Made by a program: the position numbers and the translations under genes
Source of the DNA: Lytechinus pictus
Taxonomy: Eukaryota
DNA length: 64,000 nucleotides
Assembly (NCBI RefSeq): GCF_037042905.1
Contig: NC_087250.1
Coordinates: forward strand, 24,058,001-24,122,000
Direction of reading: 5' to 3'
Notes under the pieces: generated by a model
The model's database searches: none
What the model was told of the DNA's origin: nothing
Seen by the model: only the letters and a program-made list of their open reading frames with translations
In this document: piece after piece, positions 1 to 11,541 of the stretch
Layout: every line of letters begins with the position of its first letter
Position numbering within the stretch: position 1 is the first letter of the stretch

Positions 1-248
1 GACGCATTTAAACGCGTCTAACTCTGACGCGTAAAAACGCGATAACCCACGTCTCTCAAGCATGATATTACGAGTCTAACTCTGAATTAATTGTTGTTTT
101 AAGTCCCACCTGTGGTTTTTTTTTTGGCAAAACACATCTATTTTTATTTTGATTGTTGTTTCATCGGTCCATGCATAGCATTTTGATATCATGTCTACAT
201 GATTTATTAAATTCTCAAACCCAGGGTCATCTTATTTTTTTTAAATTA

Positions 249-3200
249 TAGTGGAGCGGTTATGTGACAAAAAATGGCCAAGATGCTCGGATCTGGCAGA
301 AAGTGTGAAATTTGGTATACAGGGGTATTTTTGGGCGCTGATTTCAAAAATTGCCGGCCCCAAGCGATTTGACCATCGGGTCGGCCGCCATTTTGAAATC
401 CAAGATGGCCGCCATGCAAAATCATCAAATGTCATTTTTTTTTTAGTTTTACATGGCATGTGACACTGAAATTTGGCATATAGGGGTATTATGAGGCACT
501 GATTTCAAATATTGCCGGCCCCCAGCAATTTGACCATTTGGTCGGCGGCAAAATGGCCGCCATCTTGAAATCCAAGATGGCCGCCATGATATATTATTGC
601 AATCATTTTCTCGAGTTTTATATGAACTGCGGTATTGAAATTTGGCATAAAGGCTTAATTTGGGGTGCTGATTTCAAATATTGCCGGCCCCAAGTGATTT
701 GACCATTGGGTCGGCCGCCATTTTGAAATCCAAGATGGCCGCCATGAGAAATCATTAATGTCATTTTCTTGAGTTTTACATGACGTGTGACACTGAAATT
801 TGGTATGTTGGGGTATTTTTAGGCACTGATTTCAAATATTGCCTGCCCCCAGCAATTTGACCACTTGGTCGGCGGCTAAATGGCCGCCATTTTGAAATCC
901 AAGATGGCTGCCATGAAAAATCATTAAATGTCATTTTCTTGAGTTTTACATGATATGTGACACTGAAATTTGGCATATAGGCTTAATTCGGCGTGCTGAT
1001 TTCAAATATTGCCGGTCCCAAGTGATATGACCATCGGGTTGGCCGCCATTTTGAAATCCAAGATGGCCGCCATGAGAAATCATTAATGTCATTTTCTTGA
1101 GTTTTACATGACATGTGACACTGAAATTTGGTATGATGTGGTATTTTTAGGCACTGATTTCAAATATTGCCAGCCCCCAGCAATTTGACCACTTGGTCGG
1201 CGGCAAAATGGCCGCCATCTTGAAATTCAAGATGGCTGCCATGATACAAAATTGCAATCATTTTCTTGAGTTTTATATGAACTGCGGTATTGAAATTTGG
1301 CATATAGGCTTAATTTTTGGCGCTGATTTCATATATTGCCGGCCTCGAGCGATTTGACCATCGGGTCAGCCGCCATTTGAAATCCAAGATGGCCACATGA
1401 AAAATCATTGAACTCGATTTCCTTGAATTTTACATAATATGTGCCATTGAAATTTGTAGTATATCGGTATCTGGGTGAGTTCATTAAAAAAATTGCTGGC
1501 TCCAAGCAATCTGACAATTAGTCGGCGGAAAAAGGGCCGTCATCTTGAATTCGAAGCTGGCTGCCATAGAAATATTGCAATTATTTCGTTGAGTTTTATA
1601 TGATCTGCGGTATTGCACTTTGACATATAGAAGTAGTGTGGGGAGCTTATTTCAAATATTGCTGGCCCTCAGCGATCTGATCCCCTGAGTCAGGGTTATA
1701 CGGGCCAAAGATATTAACCCATTTAATTCTCAATTTTTAATTTTGATATTGCTTATTGACAAAATTGAATGAAAATTATTGATAATCTAACACTGATTCT
1801 AGGGAGGGTAACTTTACTGAACTTCCTTTTTTCAAATTGGGAAGATATATCACCACTTTGGAACTATTTTTATACTGGCGGAAGAAGTATTGCCATTTTA
1901 CTGTCTCAAGTGATGAATTTGATCCTGTCAGGTGTAGTCTTCATAAATGCCGATTTATTTTAAAAATGAGTTGGTCGAGGTACCCTTTCTGGTCAGATAT
2001 GGAATGTCAGACATGTATCCTATCCACTGGACAGGTAGTAAACATTCAATTCTCGAATTTCATCCTTATTTTTTTTTTGAGCGCCTCTTTAACACACGAG
2101 TCTATGGGAAATGTTTTAGGCCCGTGATACCTCAGCTGCAAAATGGCAGCCATCTTGAAATCCAAGATGGCTGCCATAAAAAAATCATTAAAAAAAATAA
2201 TTATAACGAAGGTATTATTTTGACATTTGGCATCTTGGGGTATTGACATTTCCCCCAAGTAATCTGTCCAATAGATATGCTGAAAATGGCCACCATCTTG
2301 AAAATTCATTAAAATCATTTTCTTGAGTTTTAAATAATTTGAGGCACTGCATTTTAGACATACAGGCAGTTTTTGGCCTGCTGGTTTTAGAATATTGCTG
2401 CCCCAGTAATTGATCCACCGGGTCAGCTAAAAATGACCGCCACTTTGAAATCTAAGATGGCTACTACGAAATATCTTTCAAAAATGTTTTCCTGAATTCT
2501 ACATTACCTGTGACACTGTAAATTGGTACTATGAAGCAAAAACTTGTATTGTATGTTAATTTCAAATATGGATAGATAATGAACATAATTATAACACATA
2601 ACACACTTTATCTGCCATTTTAAATCACACAACATAATGGGGCAGCTGCTCGTACAGTATATGACGTCACAAATCAAAAACTTAAAATTCCAATATCTTT
2701 GATGGATTTACCAATATCCTTTTTATATCATATTTTCTTGTGTTTTTACAACAAACTTTTCTCCGGGGTGAACTTTCCTTTTTAATGGATAGAGCAACGT
2801 CCGATGTGGCGCTGCTAAGTTGCTGCCGGGCTCATGCATGATCTACAGGGTATGGGCGAAATAAATTTTCGGAGCATTTCTGTTACTGAATTCTATTTTG
2901 AACAATAAAATATGTATTATTATCATCCATCATTAATATTAATTTCATCATCACCATCATCATCTTACCACTATATAACCATCAGTACTTCAAGTCTGGA
3001 GCAGTTTTCTTCTTGTCGATTTGTAATAAAATATCGCAATTATTGGAGCAATATTCTGAAACCAGCAGGCCAAAAACCTGCCTGTATGTCTAAAATGCAG
3101 TGCCTCAAATTATTTAAAACCAAGAAAATGATTTTAATGAATTTTCATGACAGTCGATCCACTCTAGATTTCAAGAAGGTGGCCATTTTGCAGCATATCT

Positions 3201-5183
3201 ATTGGACAGATTACGTGATACTAGACAAAGTGATTTTTTTTTCAATGATCTTTTTTCATGGCAGCCATCTTGGATTTCAAGATGGCTGACATTTTGTTTC
3301 TGACTCAGGGGATCAGATCGCTGAGGGCCAGCAATATTTGAAATAAGCACCCCGCACTCCGTCGATATGTCAAAGTGCAATACTGCAGATCATATGAAAC
3401 TCAAAGAAATAATTTACAGCCTCTCAACAGAAAATGATTGTTCCGGATGGTTATTATTCAACCAAAGCCACCTCAAATGTGTAACTGCAGAAGAAGCTAG
3501 CTGTTTGTGTATTATGGTGCTTCATACTTACGTAACATCTATATCAGCAATTAAGGGTGCCAAAGTATCATAATCCTTGCAACGGACAAAGATGTGGTTG
3601 TGTTGGATTTACAATGGGTTTTACTCACCATTATAATGGTGTACATCATTCAAACTTGGTAACCATATTGGAATTCAAAATAGCATCTATTTATTATGTT
3701 TTTTTCATTGATCAAGGATGCAAAGATCAAGTTTTTCTCCAAATTCAAAGTGTTACAGGCCATACGTAAGACTTGAGCAAATTATCTTTCATGGCGGCCA
3801 TCTTGTATTTCAAAATGGCAACCAAACAGGGGTATGACAATAATCAGTGCCTAAATATATGCCTATATGACAACTTTCAGGGCCAGAGTTCATATAAAAC
3901 TCAAGACAATTATCATTACTTTTAATTCATGGCGGTCATTTTGCCGAAACCCGGTGGTTATACATTGCTGGTGGCCGGCAAAAATCAGTGCCACGTACTT
4001 CTGTATGCCAAATTTTGGTGTCATATATAATGTAAAATCCAAGAAAATTTTTTTGATATGGTTTTTCATGGCAGCCATATCTTGCCGCTGAACTGATGGT
4101 CAGATCACTTGTGGCTGGCAATATTTGAAATCAGCACCCAAAAATAGGTACTCTATTTGCCAAAGTTCAGAGCACATGTAAAATTCAAGAAAATGATTTT
4201 TAGTGATTTTCATGGCGGCCATCTTAGATTTCAAGATGGCAGCTGACCTGGTGGTAAGACTATTGAAATAAGTGCCCTAAACTACGCCTACACTGTATAT
4301 GCTAAATTTCAGTACCATAGCTCATACAAAACTAGAGAAAATTATTGCAACGATATTTCATGGTGGCCATCTTGGATTTTAAGATTGCGGCCGTTTTGCC
4401 GCTGACCTGGAGGTCAAATTGCTGGGGGCCGGCAATATTTGAAATCAGCACGCCGAATTAAGCCTATATGCCAAATTTCAGTGTCACATATCATGTAAAA
4501 CTCAAGAAAATGACATTTAATGATTTCTCACGGCGGCCATCTTGGATTTCAAAATGGCGGCCATTTAGCCGCCGACCAAGTGGTCAAATTGCTGGGGGCA
4601 GGCAATATTTGAAATCAGTGCCTAAAAATACCCCAACATACCAAATTTCAGTGTCACACGTCATGTAAAACTCAAGAAAATGACATTAATGATTTCTCAT
4701 GGCGGCCATCTTGGATTTCAAAATGGCGGCCGACCCGATGGTCTAATCACTTGGGGCCGGCAATATTTGAAATCAGCACCCCAAATTAAGCCTATATGCC
4801 AAATTTCAATACCGTAGTTCATATAAAACTCGAGAAAATGATTGCAATAATATATCATGGCGGCCATCTTGGATTTCAAGATGGCGGCCATTTTGCCGCC
4901 GACCAAATGGTCAAATTGCTGGGGGCTGGCAATATTTGAAATCAGTGCCTCAAAATACCCCTATATGCCAAATTTCAGTGTCACATGCCATGTAAAACTC
5001 AAGAAAATGACATTTGATGATTTTTCATGGCGGCCATCTTGGATTTCAAAATGGCGGCCGACCCGATGGTCAAATCGCTTGGGGCCGGCAATTTTTGAAA
5101 TCAGCACCCCAAAATACCCTTGTATGCCAATTTTCACACTTTCTGCCAGATTCGAGCATCTTTTTCACATATCTACTGGACTA
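249..5183. mobile_element. Non-autonomous foldback DNA transposon, Academ-like
   Basis: Ends TAGT...ACTA; 3-bp TSD TTA (246-248, 5184-5186); inverted arms of about 1.4 kb built from tandem ~158/~169-bp units; no long ORF. Superfamily inferred from termini and TSD only. Confidence 0.8.
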
Positions 5184-5689
5184 TTAAATCTAACTAATCC
5201 TACATAATAATTCAGTTTAACACTCGACTTCCTTGCCATTTTATTTACTAGCACACGAGTATGTCGATTTGAATAAAGGCCGTAATGCAAACTATAAAAG
5301 AAATCAATTTTTAAATATTATCAATTTCAAAACGCGTAAAAACAAAATTCCAGGAAGAGGTACAAAATAAATTTTACCCCATATATTCATGCATGGTGAT
5401 TATTGTTTAATGATTCTGTAGAATCAGAGAAGGAGGGAGCAGGGCAATCAAAATGTTCGCTCTCAAGTCCTCTTGTTTTCTCACTCCGCCCTTTATCGTA
5501 TAAACCCTGTTCGAGCTACTCTTTGGAAATGTCATGTGTCACCTTCTGTCATTCAGAAACGGCGGAGAAAATCTCCCAAGTATTTATTTACCCCCATCGC
5601 TCTCTGTCGTAATATCTCCTCGCACTATGCTGGCCCGTGATGTATTGCGTCGGGCAATGTTTATTTGCTGTTGAGAACAGATTGGGATG

Positions 5690-5830
5690 GAAATAGGAAG
5701 GGGGATAGAACGATGAGAGAAAGAAAAGGAAGGGAATTGGGTGGAGAGAGGGAAATAGATAGGAAGAGAGAGAGAGAGAGAGAGTAAGAGCGAGAGACAG
5801 AGAAAGAAAGGAGGAGGAGAGGGACAAGGA
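5690..5830. repeat. Purine-rich tract with (GA)n microsatellite
   Basis: gagagagagagagagagag in G/A-rich context. Confidence 0.8.
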
Positions 5831-7157
5831 AACTGAACGTAGAAATTTTATTCCTCAATAACTACATGTCTACTGATGATTTGACTGCATGAACCACAAA
5901 TATTTTATGTATAAGCATTATATTTCTTATTTTACTTGCCTCCATACTTCTTCTCATGTTTCAAAATGCTTTGTCAAATTTTGAATTATTTCACATAAAA
6001 TATGCAAATCCAGCCTTGGGTGAAAGTTAAGAGGCACAGAGTGCTTTCCAATTTTGTCTCCAAAGGAAAATTGCTCCCCTTTCTGGGAAGAACACTATTT
6101 TAACATTGTAAAAAAAAACCCACAAAAAAGAGGTTCCATTTCAGGGAGGGGGTAATTCTTGGCCCACTTCCTGTGACTCCTTTTAGGGAAGAACTATTGC
6201 TCTGTTTTTAACAATGCTGAGTAATTGCAAAAAGTCAGTATTATCATGTACGTACTGTACTTAATACAAATTAGTTAGATGACATCAACAAGAACATTCG
6301 CATAATTACGACATTGCCCCGTTTATATTGCCTTTGGAAGTACTATCGTTCTATTCGTTCTAGTGCAACGCCGCTTGCAGGTTTTGGCAATAATTCCCGA
6401 CACTTTATGGACGAATCAACCTTAATGGACTCTTAAACTTGGTTAGTGGTTGGGAGACAGAGAAGAGCGAAGCCTTCTTCGGAGAAAACAAGAAATTGGA
6501 TTTCATTAGTCTATTTGTTTGTTCTATCAATATTATCATTTCATTAACAATTTTCCAATTAATGTACGCAACTTGTAATAAATAGAACATCAGACAAAGA
6601 CAGTCCCATTTTATTTTAAAGTAGACGTAGGCCTACATGTGGATGATCGCTATATTGCTTCGACATTACCTCTTCCCTCGTTCATTTTATCATGATTATG
6701 TTGTTTTCCTCTTAATAAATGTTCATCAAGACAAAAACAGTGTTTAGGGCGGGAATAAAAGCCACAAGTATTGGAGAAAGTGTTGTGAAATACATGTATA
6801 GCTTGTAAATTATACGAGGAATGCATGTTATTTTGCCGATTTACACGCTTAATTTGTTGCGTTTCAGCGAAAGAGATGTTATCTTCGGAGAACGCCCCGT
6901 AATAAATCGCAGGTTTAATCACCATTGATCACATGCGATCAAGCGCAGACTCTATTTGGTCACTCAAGTGTAAATAAATAAGCATAATTGTACCAATATT
7001 TCAAGCTTAGCATTCTGAACACTTAAAAATTGGTTATTCTTTATGTTCATCTTTTTTTTAATCAGCCAGTAAAACTGAAGCGGAAGGATACAGATAAATG
7101 TTACATACTTCTACTTACCATCACTACAACTTTCACCACTACCACTACCATGATAAG

Positions 7158-7286
7158 GAGCCCGTAGCACAAAGCTTAGCAATGATCTAGGGAAATTTTT
7201 CTACGATTGATTGCATTGACTACAATGTATAATCAATCGTAAAAATCAAGCGAACGATTAATCGCTAACCTTTGTTTTACGGGAGC
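7158..7286. mobile_element. Short palindromic MITE remnant
   Basis: cccgtagcacaaagcttagc pairs imperfectly with gctaacctttgttttacggg; inner tacgattgatt/aatcaatcgta inverted repeat. Confidence 0.6.
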
Positions 7287-7299
7287 AGCTAAACTATGA

Positions 7300-7480
7300 C
7301 ATAGAATAAGACGAAATAAAAAAGGGAAGAGAAAAAGAAGAAGAATAAGGATAGGAAGAAGTTGAAAAAGAAGGAGGAGATTGTGATAATGTTGAAAAGG
7401 AAAAAGAAGAAGAAGGAGAAGAAGGAAGAAATGACAAAAAAGGAAAAATAGGAGGTAAAAGAGGAAAAAGACGAAAAATT
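7300..7480. repeat. GAA-rich low-complexity tract
   Basis: Direct reading of the sequence. Confidence 0.75.
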
Positions 7481-8491
7481 TGTTGAACATTATAAAAATC
7501 CCCCATTTCAACATAATACCAAAATAGTCCTATGTTGGAATTCAGTCTACATCCGATTGAAAATAAATCACCAAATTCCACTTGTCCCTTTCTCCTCAAA
7601 CATAAGTGAATGCCTGGTGAAAAACTGCCGTCGCCCCTTCCGAATTAACCCCTGCACGTGGGACAACATATCGAGTGTCTGCTAGCATCTGCGGGCACAT
7701 TCGTTATTTTGCCGGTCAATTTAGCGAACAAAAGTGCATTCTATATTGGGTCGACCTCGATTTCTTATAGTGTCGTCTGCTATAACGTCAAAGATGAATG
7801 CCCGGGACACCGCACCCTGTTGTGAAAATGGACGAATGTTGATGACATTTATCAAACACAATTGGAGTACATTTACATTTGAAGATGACATATCAAAAGA
7901 AGAGGCACATCGGGTAGTCGTTTCGTTTACCAAGCCGAAACGAAATGAGGTTCCAAATAAAGTTCTGATCAGTTTTCCATGTTACTCATTAATGTACCCC
8001 TGCTGAAAATGTCTTTCTTTGAAACCATTATTCAGTACCGGTAGTTTGTTTCAGGGGTTCACCATTTCTACTCCTTCCAATGTCACAATTCATGAAATTA
8101 AAATATTACTGCTTTCTGCACCAAAGGGTATTATGACAGATATGTTACATAATCCTTTGCAAGTAAGAAATAATAAAATATCTAGACTTTGATATCCACT
8201 TATGAAATTGTGCAACCGAAATGTTATATAGCAAATAGTATTTAATAGGGTTTAGACAGGGGATCATTATGACGTGCTAAAATGCTAACGTTATTTACCC
8301 TACATTAATGATCTGCATGTCTTGTGACATTGTCCTGTTTCCATTGATTCGGACTGAAAATACGTGTTTCTTCTTTTTATTTAGAAATGTAAATTGAAAT
8401 CAAAATGTTATCCAGATTAATAAAACATTCTCTTCTCCTCCTGATAACAGGCTTTGCTATGAAAAAATATTACACATACTGTAGTTATTAA

Positions 8492-8895
8492 AGGCGACCG
8501 CACACCTTACGATTGGTCTGCGACTCAATTTTGGAATAAAACGTAGTAGAATTTGATGCTAATATTGAGACTTGGAATATCTTACTGTGTTATGTTCCTA
8601 ATCATCGTACGAATACCTATGTTCAAATATGTGACTATGCTATCATTCTTCTTAGAATAAAATCAAATTGAATATCTAGTCGTAATTACGTCATAGCAGT
8701 CGTAAGATTGGCTACGATTTGAAACTAATTTGGCCTTTACTCGAAAATAAAGGCTTGCAATCTTTCAAAATGGTTATATTAGTATTCTTTCAATTAATTT
8801 TAACCTCAAATAAAATGATATGTTCCATTCACATTTTCAGAAAATGAGCAAAATGCGATTTGTTCCAAAATCGGATCGCGAACAGTCGTAAGGTG
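8492..8895. mobile_element. Harbinger-like MITE with truncated right end
   Basis: cacaccttacga...ttttggaataaa pairs with tttgttccaaaa...tcgtaaggtgt; left end aggcgaccg follows taa. Confidence 0.6.
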
Positions 8896-9122
8896 TAGTT
8901 ATTAAAAGATATTCAAGTTTTAATAATAATATAGATGAAATCCCTCTCTTATATTAATACAAATCAATTACAGTCAGGAACTTTTGCATACATGTATTTA
9001 CACATGAAGGAAATGCAAATCCTCAAGAATTTATAAATGAAATGTTTCGAGAAAAGGGTCCCTGGAAATTGATTATTAAAATGTATTAAAATCCTCATCG
9101 TTCTGGATGTGAGTTTCAATCC

Positions 9123-9373
9123 GTTACCAAGGCAACAAGTGCATCGTCCCATTTTCTCTCAAATTTCACCGGAGGTGTTCGTCTGAAGGACAGCACAGAA
9201 AATAAATTGACATTTTTCCTTTCGTCTTAAATTCTGAGTTTTTTCCTCAATCCTGCATGGAAAAGTATCCACTCATACATAATATTTCCTCCCGTACATT
9301 TCATACGGGCATATACTAGTGATTACACTCTCTGCTTCGGGGGTGAGTTGGCATGGCAACCGTGGTGACGTCA
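9123..9373. promoter_or_regulatory. Putative RFX X-boxes plus CRE
   Basis: gttaccaaggcaac (9123-9136), gttggcatggcaac (9347-9360) and tgacgtca (9366-9373) in apparently non-repetitive sequence; motif match only. Confidence 0.4.
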
Positions 9374-9788
9374 TTAGGAGAGGGGGATTTCTTTCTCCTT
9401 GCCTGTTAGCCGCATCTGGAAAAATGGTCATGTCTAAAATATGCTATCATCATGGAGTATATGCTCCGGCAGTCTTGCGTGCAGTTTATATTACCTGCTA
9501 ACATGTACATTGCATGAGTAATGTAGAATTCCATTTGCGCCATATTGTTCTGAAAAATGAAGACATGATGAAGGTTGTATGAAAAGAGTGATGAAACATA
9601 ATTATAAGCTGTTTCGGTATCAATAATTACCTGACCGTTCAGTTAATCGGAAGAATAAAAGTACATTTGACGAATAGTATCCATATTTTGTTCAATACGT
9701 TGTTTCTTCATTCATTTACCTAGTTATTTGTTTTTCAGTAAAAATGACAGTTCACGCAATCGATGAAATATTACATGAAAGTTGTATA

Positions 9789-10893
9789 CAGTGCGTATCA
9801 AAAAAAAGTTTACACTTACAAAAAATCCTGTAAAATTATACATTTGTAATATCCTGAAGATTTTTCCACATTTTAACATTGGTACAGATCCATTTAAGCA
9901 AATGACGATATAACTGTCGAAAAATATTTCCGCTTGAGTGAGCACCACTTACTTTTGAAAAGTTAGTGAAAAATGAATTGCGCAGAACTTTGAAATAGTT
10001 ATGTGAATAAAAGTAGACCTTAATCATGAAGAACACGTGGAATTTAGCTAGTAAAATTGATTTGAAGATATCTCTTACCTTTTTTAACTTGTTTCCTTGC
10101 CCAAAACACTTCAAAGAGTGCAGTGCACCCCACACCACTCCCCCACACACCGAGGCCATCGTGACGATATTTGCTTTACACTGAGCTGTGATTAACATGA
10201 AATGGCCTAGGCTTGATTTTCATTATGTTAATCATTGTCAAGCTTGGAAAAAGTGTGGAGAAACAAGTATTGAATGATAAATGAAATGTAAACCCACTTT
10301 AAATGATAAAAACTTAGTGAAAATATGCTAGAGATGTCTGATATAAACTTTTGTTTTTTCATTATGTTAATCATTGTCAAGCTTGGAAAAAGTGTGGAGA
10401 AACAAGTATTGAATGATAAATGAAATGTAAACCCACTTTAAATGATAAAAACTTAGTGAAAATATGCTAGAGATGTCTGATATAAACTTTTGTTGAGATT
10501 TAGTTATGTCCTCAGATCCGGCTGGCACTAAAAGGTTAAATGTTGTGCTTTACTAAGTGTTGAAATTTCAATTTGGGTGGCAAAATTGTTACAAAATGCT
10601 TGAAAGTATCCGTTTTATTTCAATTGACTAAAAGTTCAAGAGAAATGTATGAGAAATGTTTCGCAGGGTAAGTTTGATTTTGTCCTTTCCCCTTGACACA
10701 GGGTGAAAACGAGCATTTCTGCGCAAACAGATTTCTGCGAGCTTGACAAAAATGGACAGTGCTCACTCAAGCGTAACATTCTGTCAAAACTTTTACTTTC
10801 ATTGGATAGAAGAGACCCAAATCCAAGATTATATGTGAGAAAAATACCAACATGTTGTATATTTTTTAATTCCCAGTGCTATGATACGTACTG
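9789..10893. mobile_element. Non-autonomous Tc1/mariner-type element
   Basis: TA|cagtgcgtatca ... tgatacgtactg|TA; contains a 139-bp tandem duplication (10217-10494). Confidence 0.75.
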
Positions 10894-11459
10894 TATAGTT
10901 AATCACCATGTGCTAAAGTATTTTTTTCTTTTAACATTCTTTTGCTTTCACTCCCTGTTTCCTTAAAATGTTTTTTGTCACTATTTTAGATGAAACACTT
11001 TGATCTATCCTCATTACAATCTTTCAAAGTCTTTGGAATTCTATCTCATGTAATTCCTATAATATAAAAGCATGTAAAACATGAAAACCTTGTTATTTAA
11101 ACATCGACCACTGTCCAATTTCGACAGAATTTTTTGTTGTTGTTATGAGCGCACACTTCATGTCTTGTTATAGATTTTGTCAACTCAAATGATACTCTTT
11201 TCCTCTATCAAGACGTAGTATGAGTACAGTGTCATCTTGCAATTAGTTGCAATGAGAGCATTAACATACAATGAAGACCACCCTTGTATTGCCTGAGCCG
11301 TAGATGAGGGCAATATGAATAATTATTGTTGAGTCTCTTGCATGTATCCTATAACATGGATGTATAAATCAATTAACGGAATCTGTATTAAAGTCTTTGC
11401 CAAACATTGTACAGAATATTGAAATAAGTTGTATTTATATCTTCTTCTGACTCTTGTAG

Positions 11460-11541
11460 GTCAAGATTTGGACCAAGCATCAACTGGCGATTCATACGTT
11501 ATTTCGCTGTACTGGTCTGTTGCAACGGCGACATCAACTGG
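11460..11541 (+). CDS. CNGK: Exon, repeat A pore helix (QDLDQASTGDSYVISLYWSVATATSTG)
   Basis: ttgtag acceptor, gtaagt donor; YWxxxT pore helix; the Gly codon is split (phase 2) and completed by the next exon. Confidence 0.92.

Noticed and set aside
249..1690. Regularly spaced repeats superficially like a CRISPR array
   Set aside because: Whole units are homologous with no unique spacers; eukaryotic context; no cas genes.
241..5207. Many short ORFs (e.g. MAAILDFKMAAI..., WRPSWISKWRP)
   Set aside because: They are translations of the tandem units of the foldback element; no transposase motifs.
6364..6441. AG...GT segment as a possible missing repeat-A exon
   Set aside because: Stop codons in all three frames.
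7734..8006. 90-aa ORF with protein-like composition
   Set aside because: No recognisable domain, no similarity to channel S1-S5, and no convincing splice pair; left unassigned.
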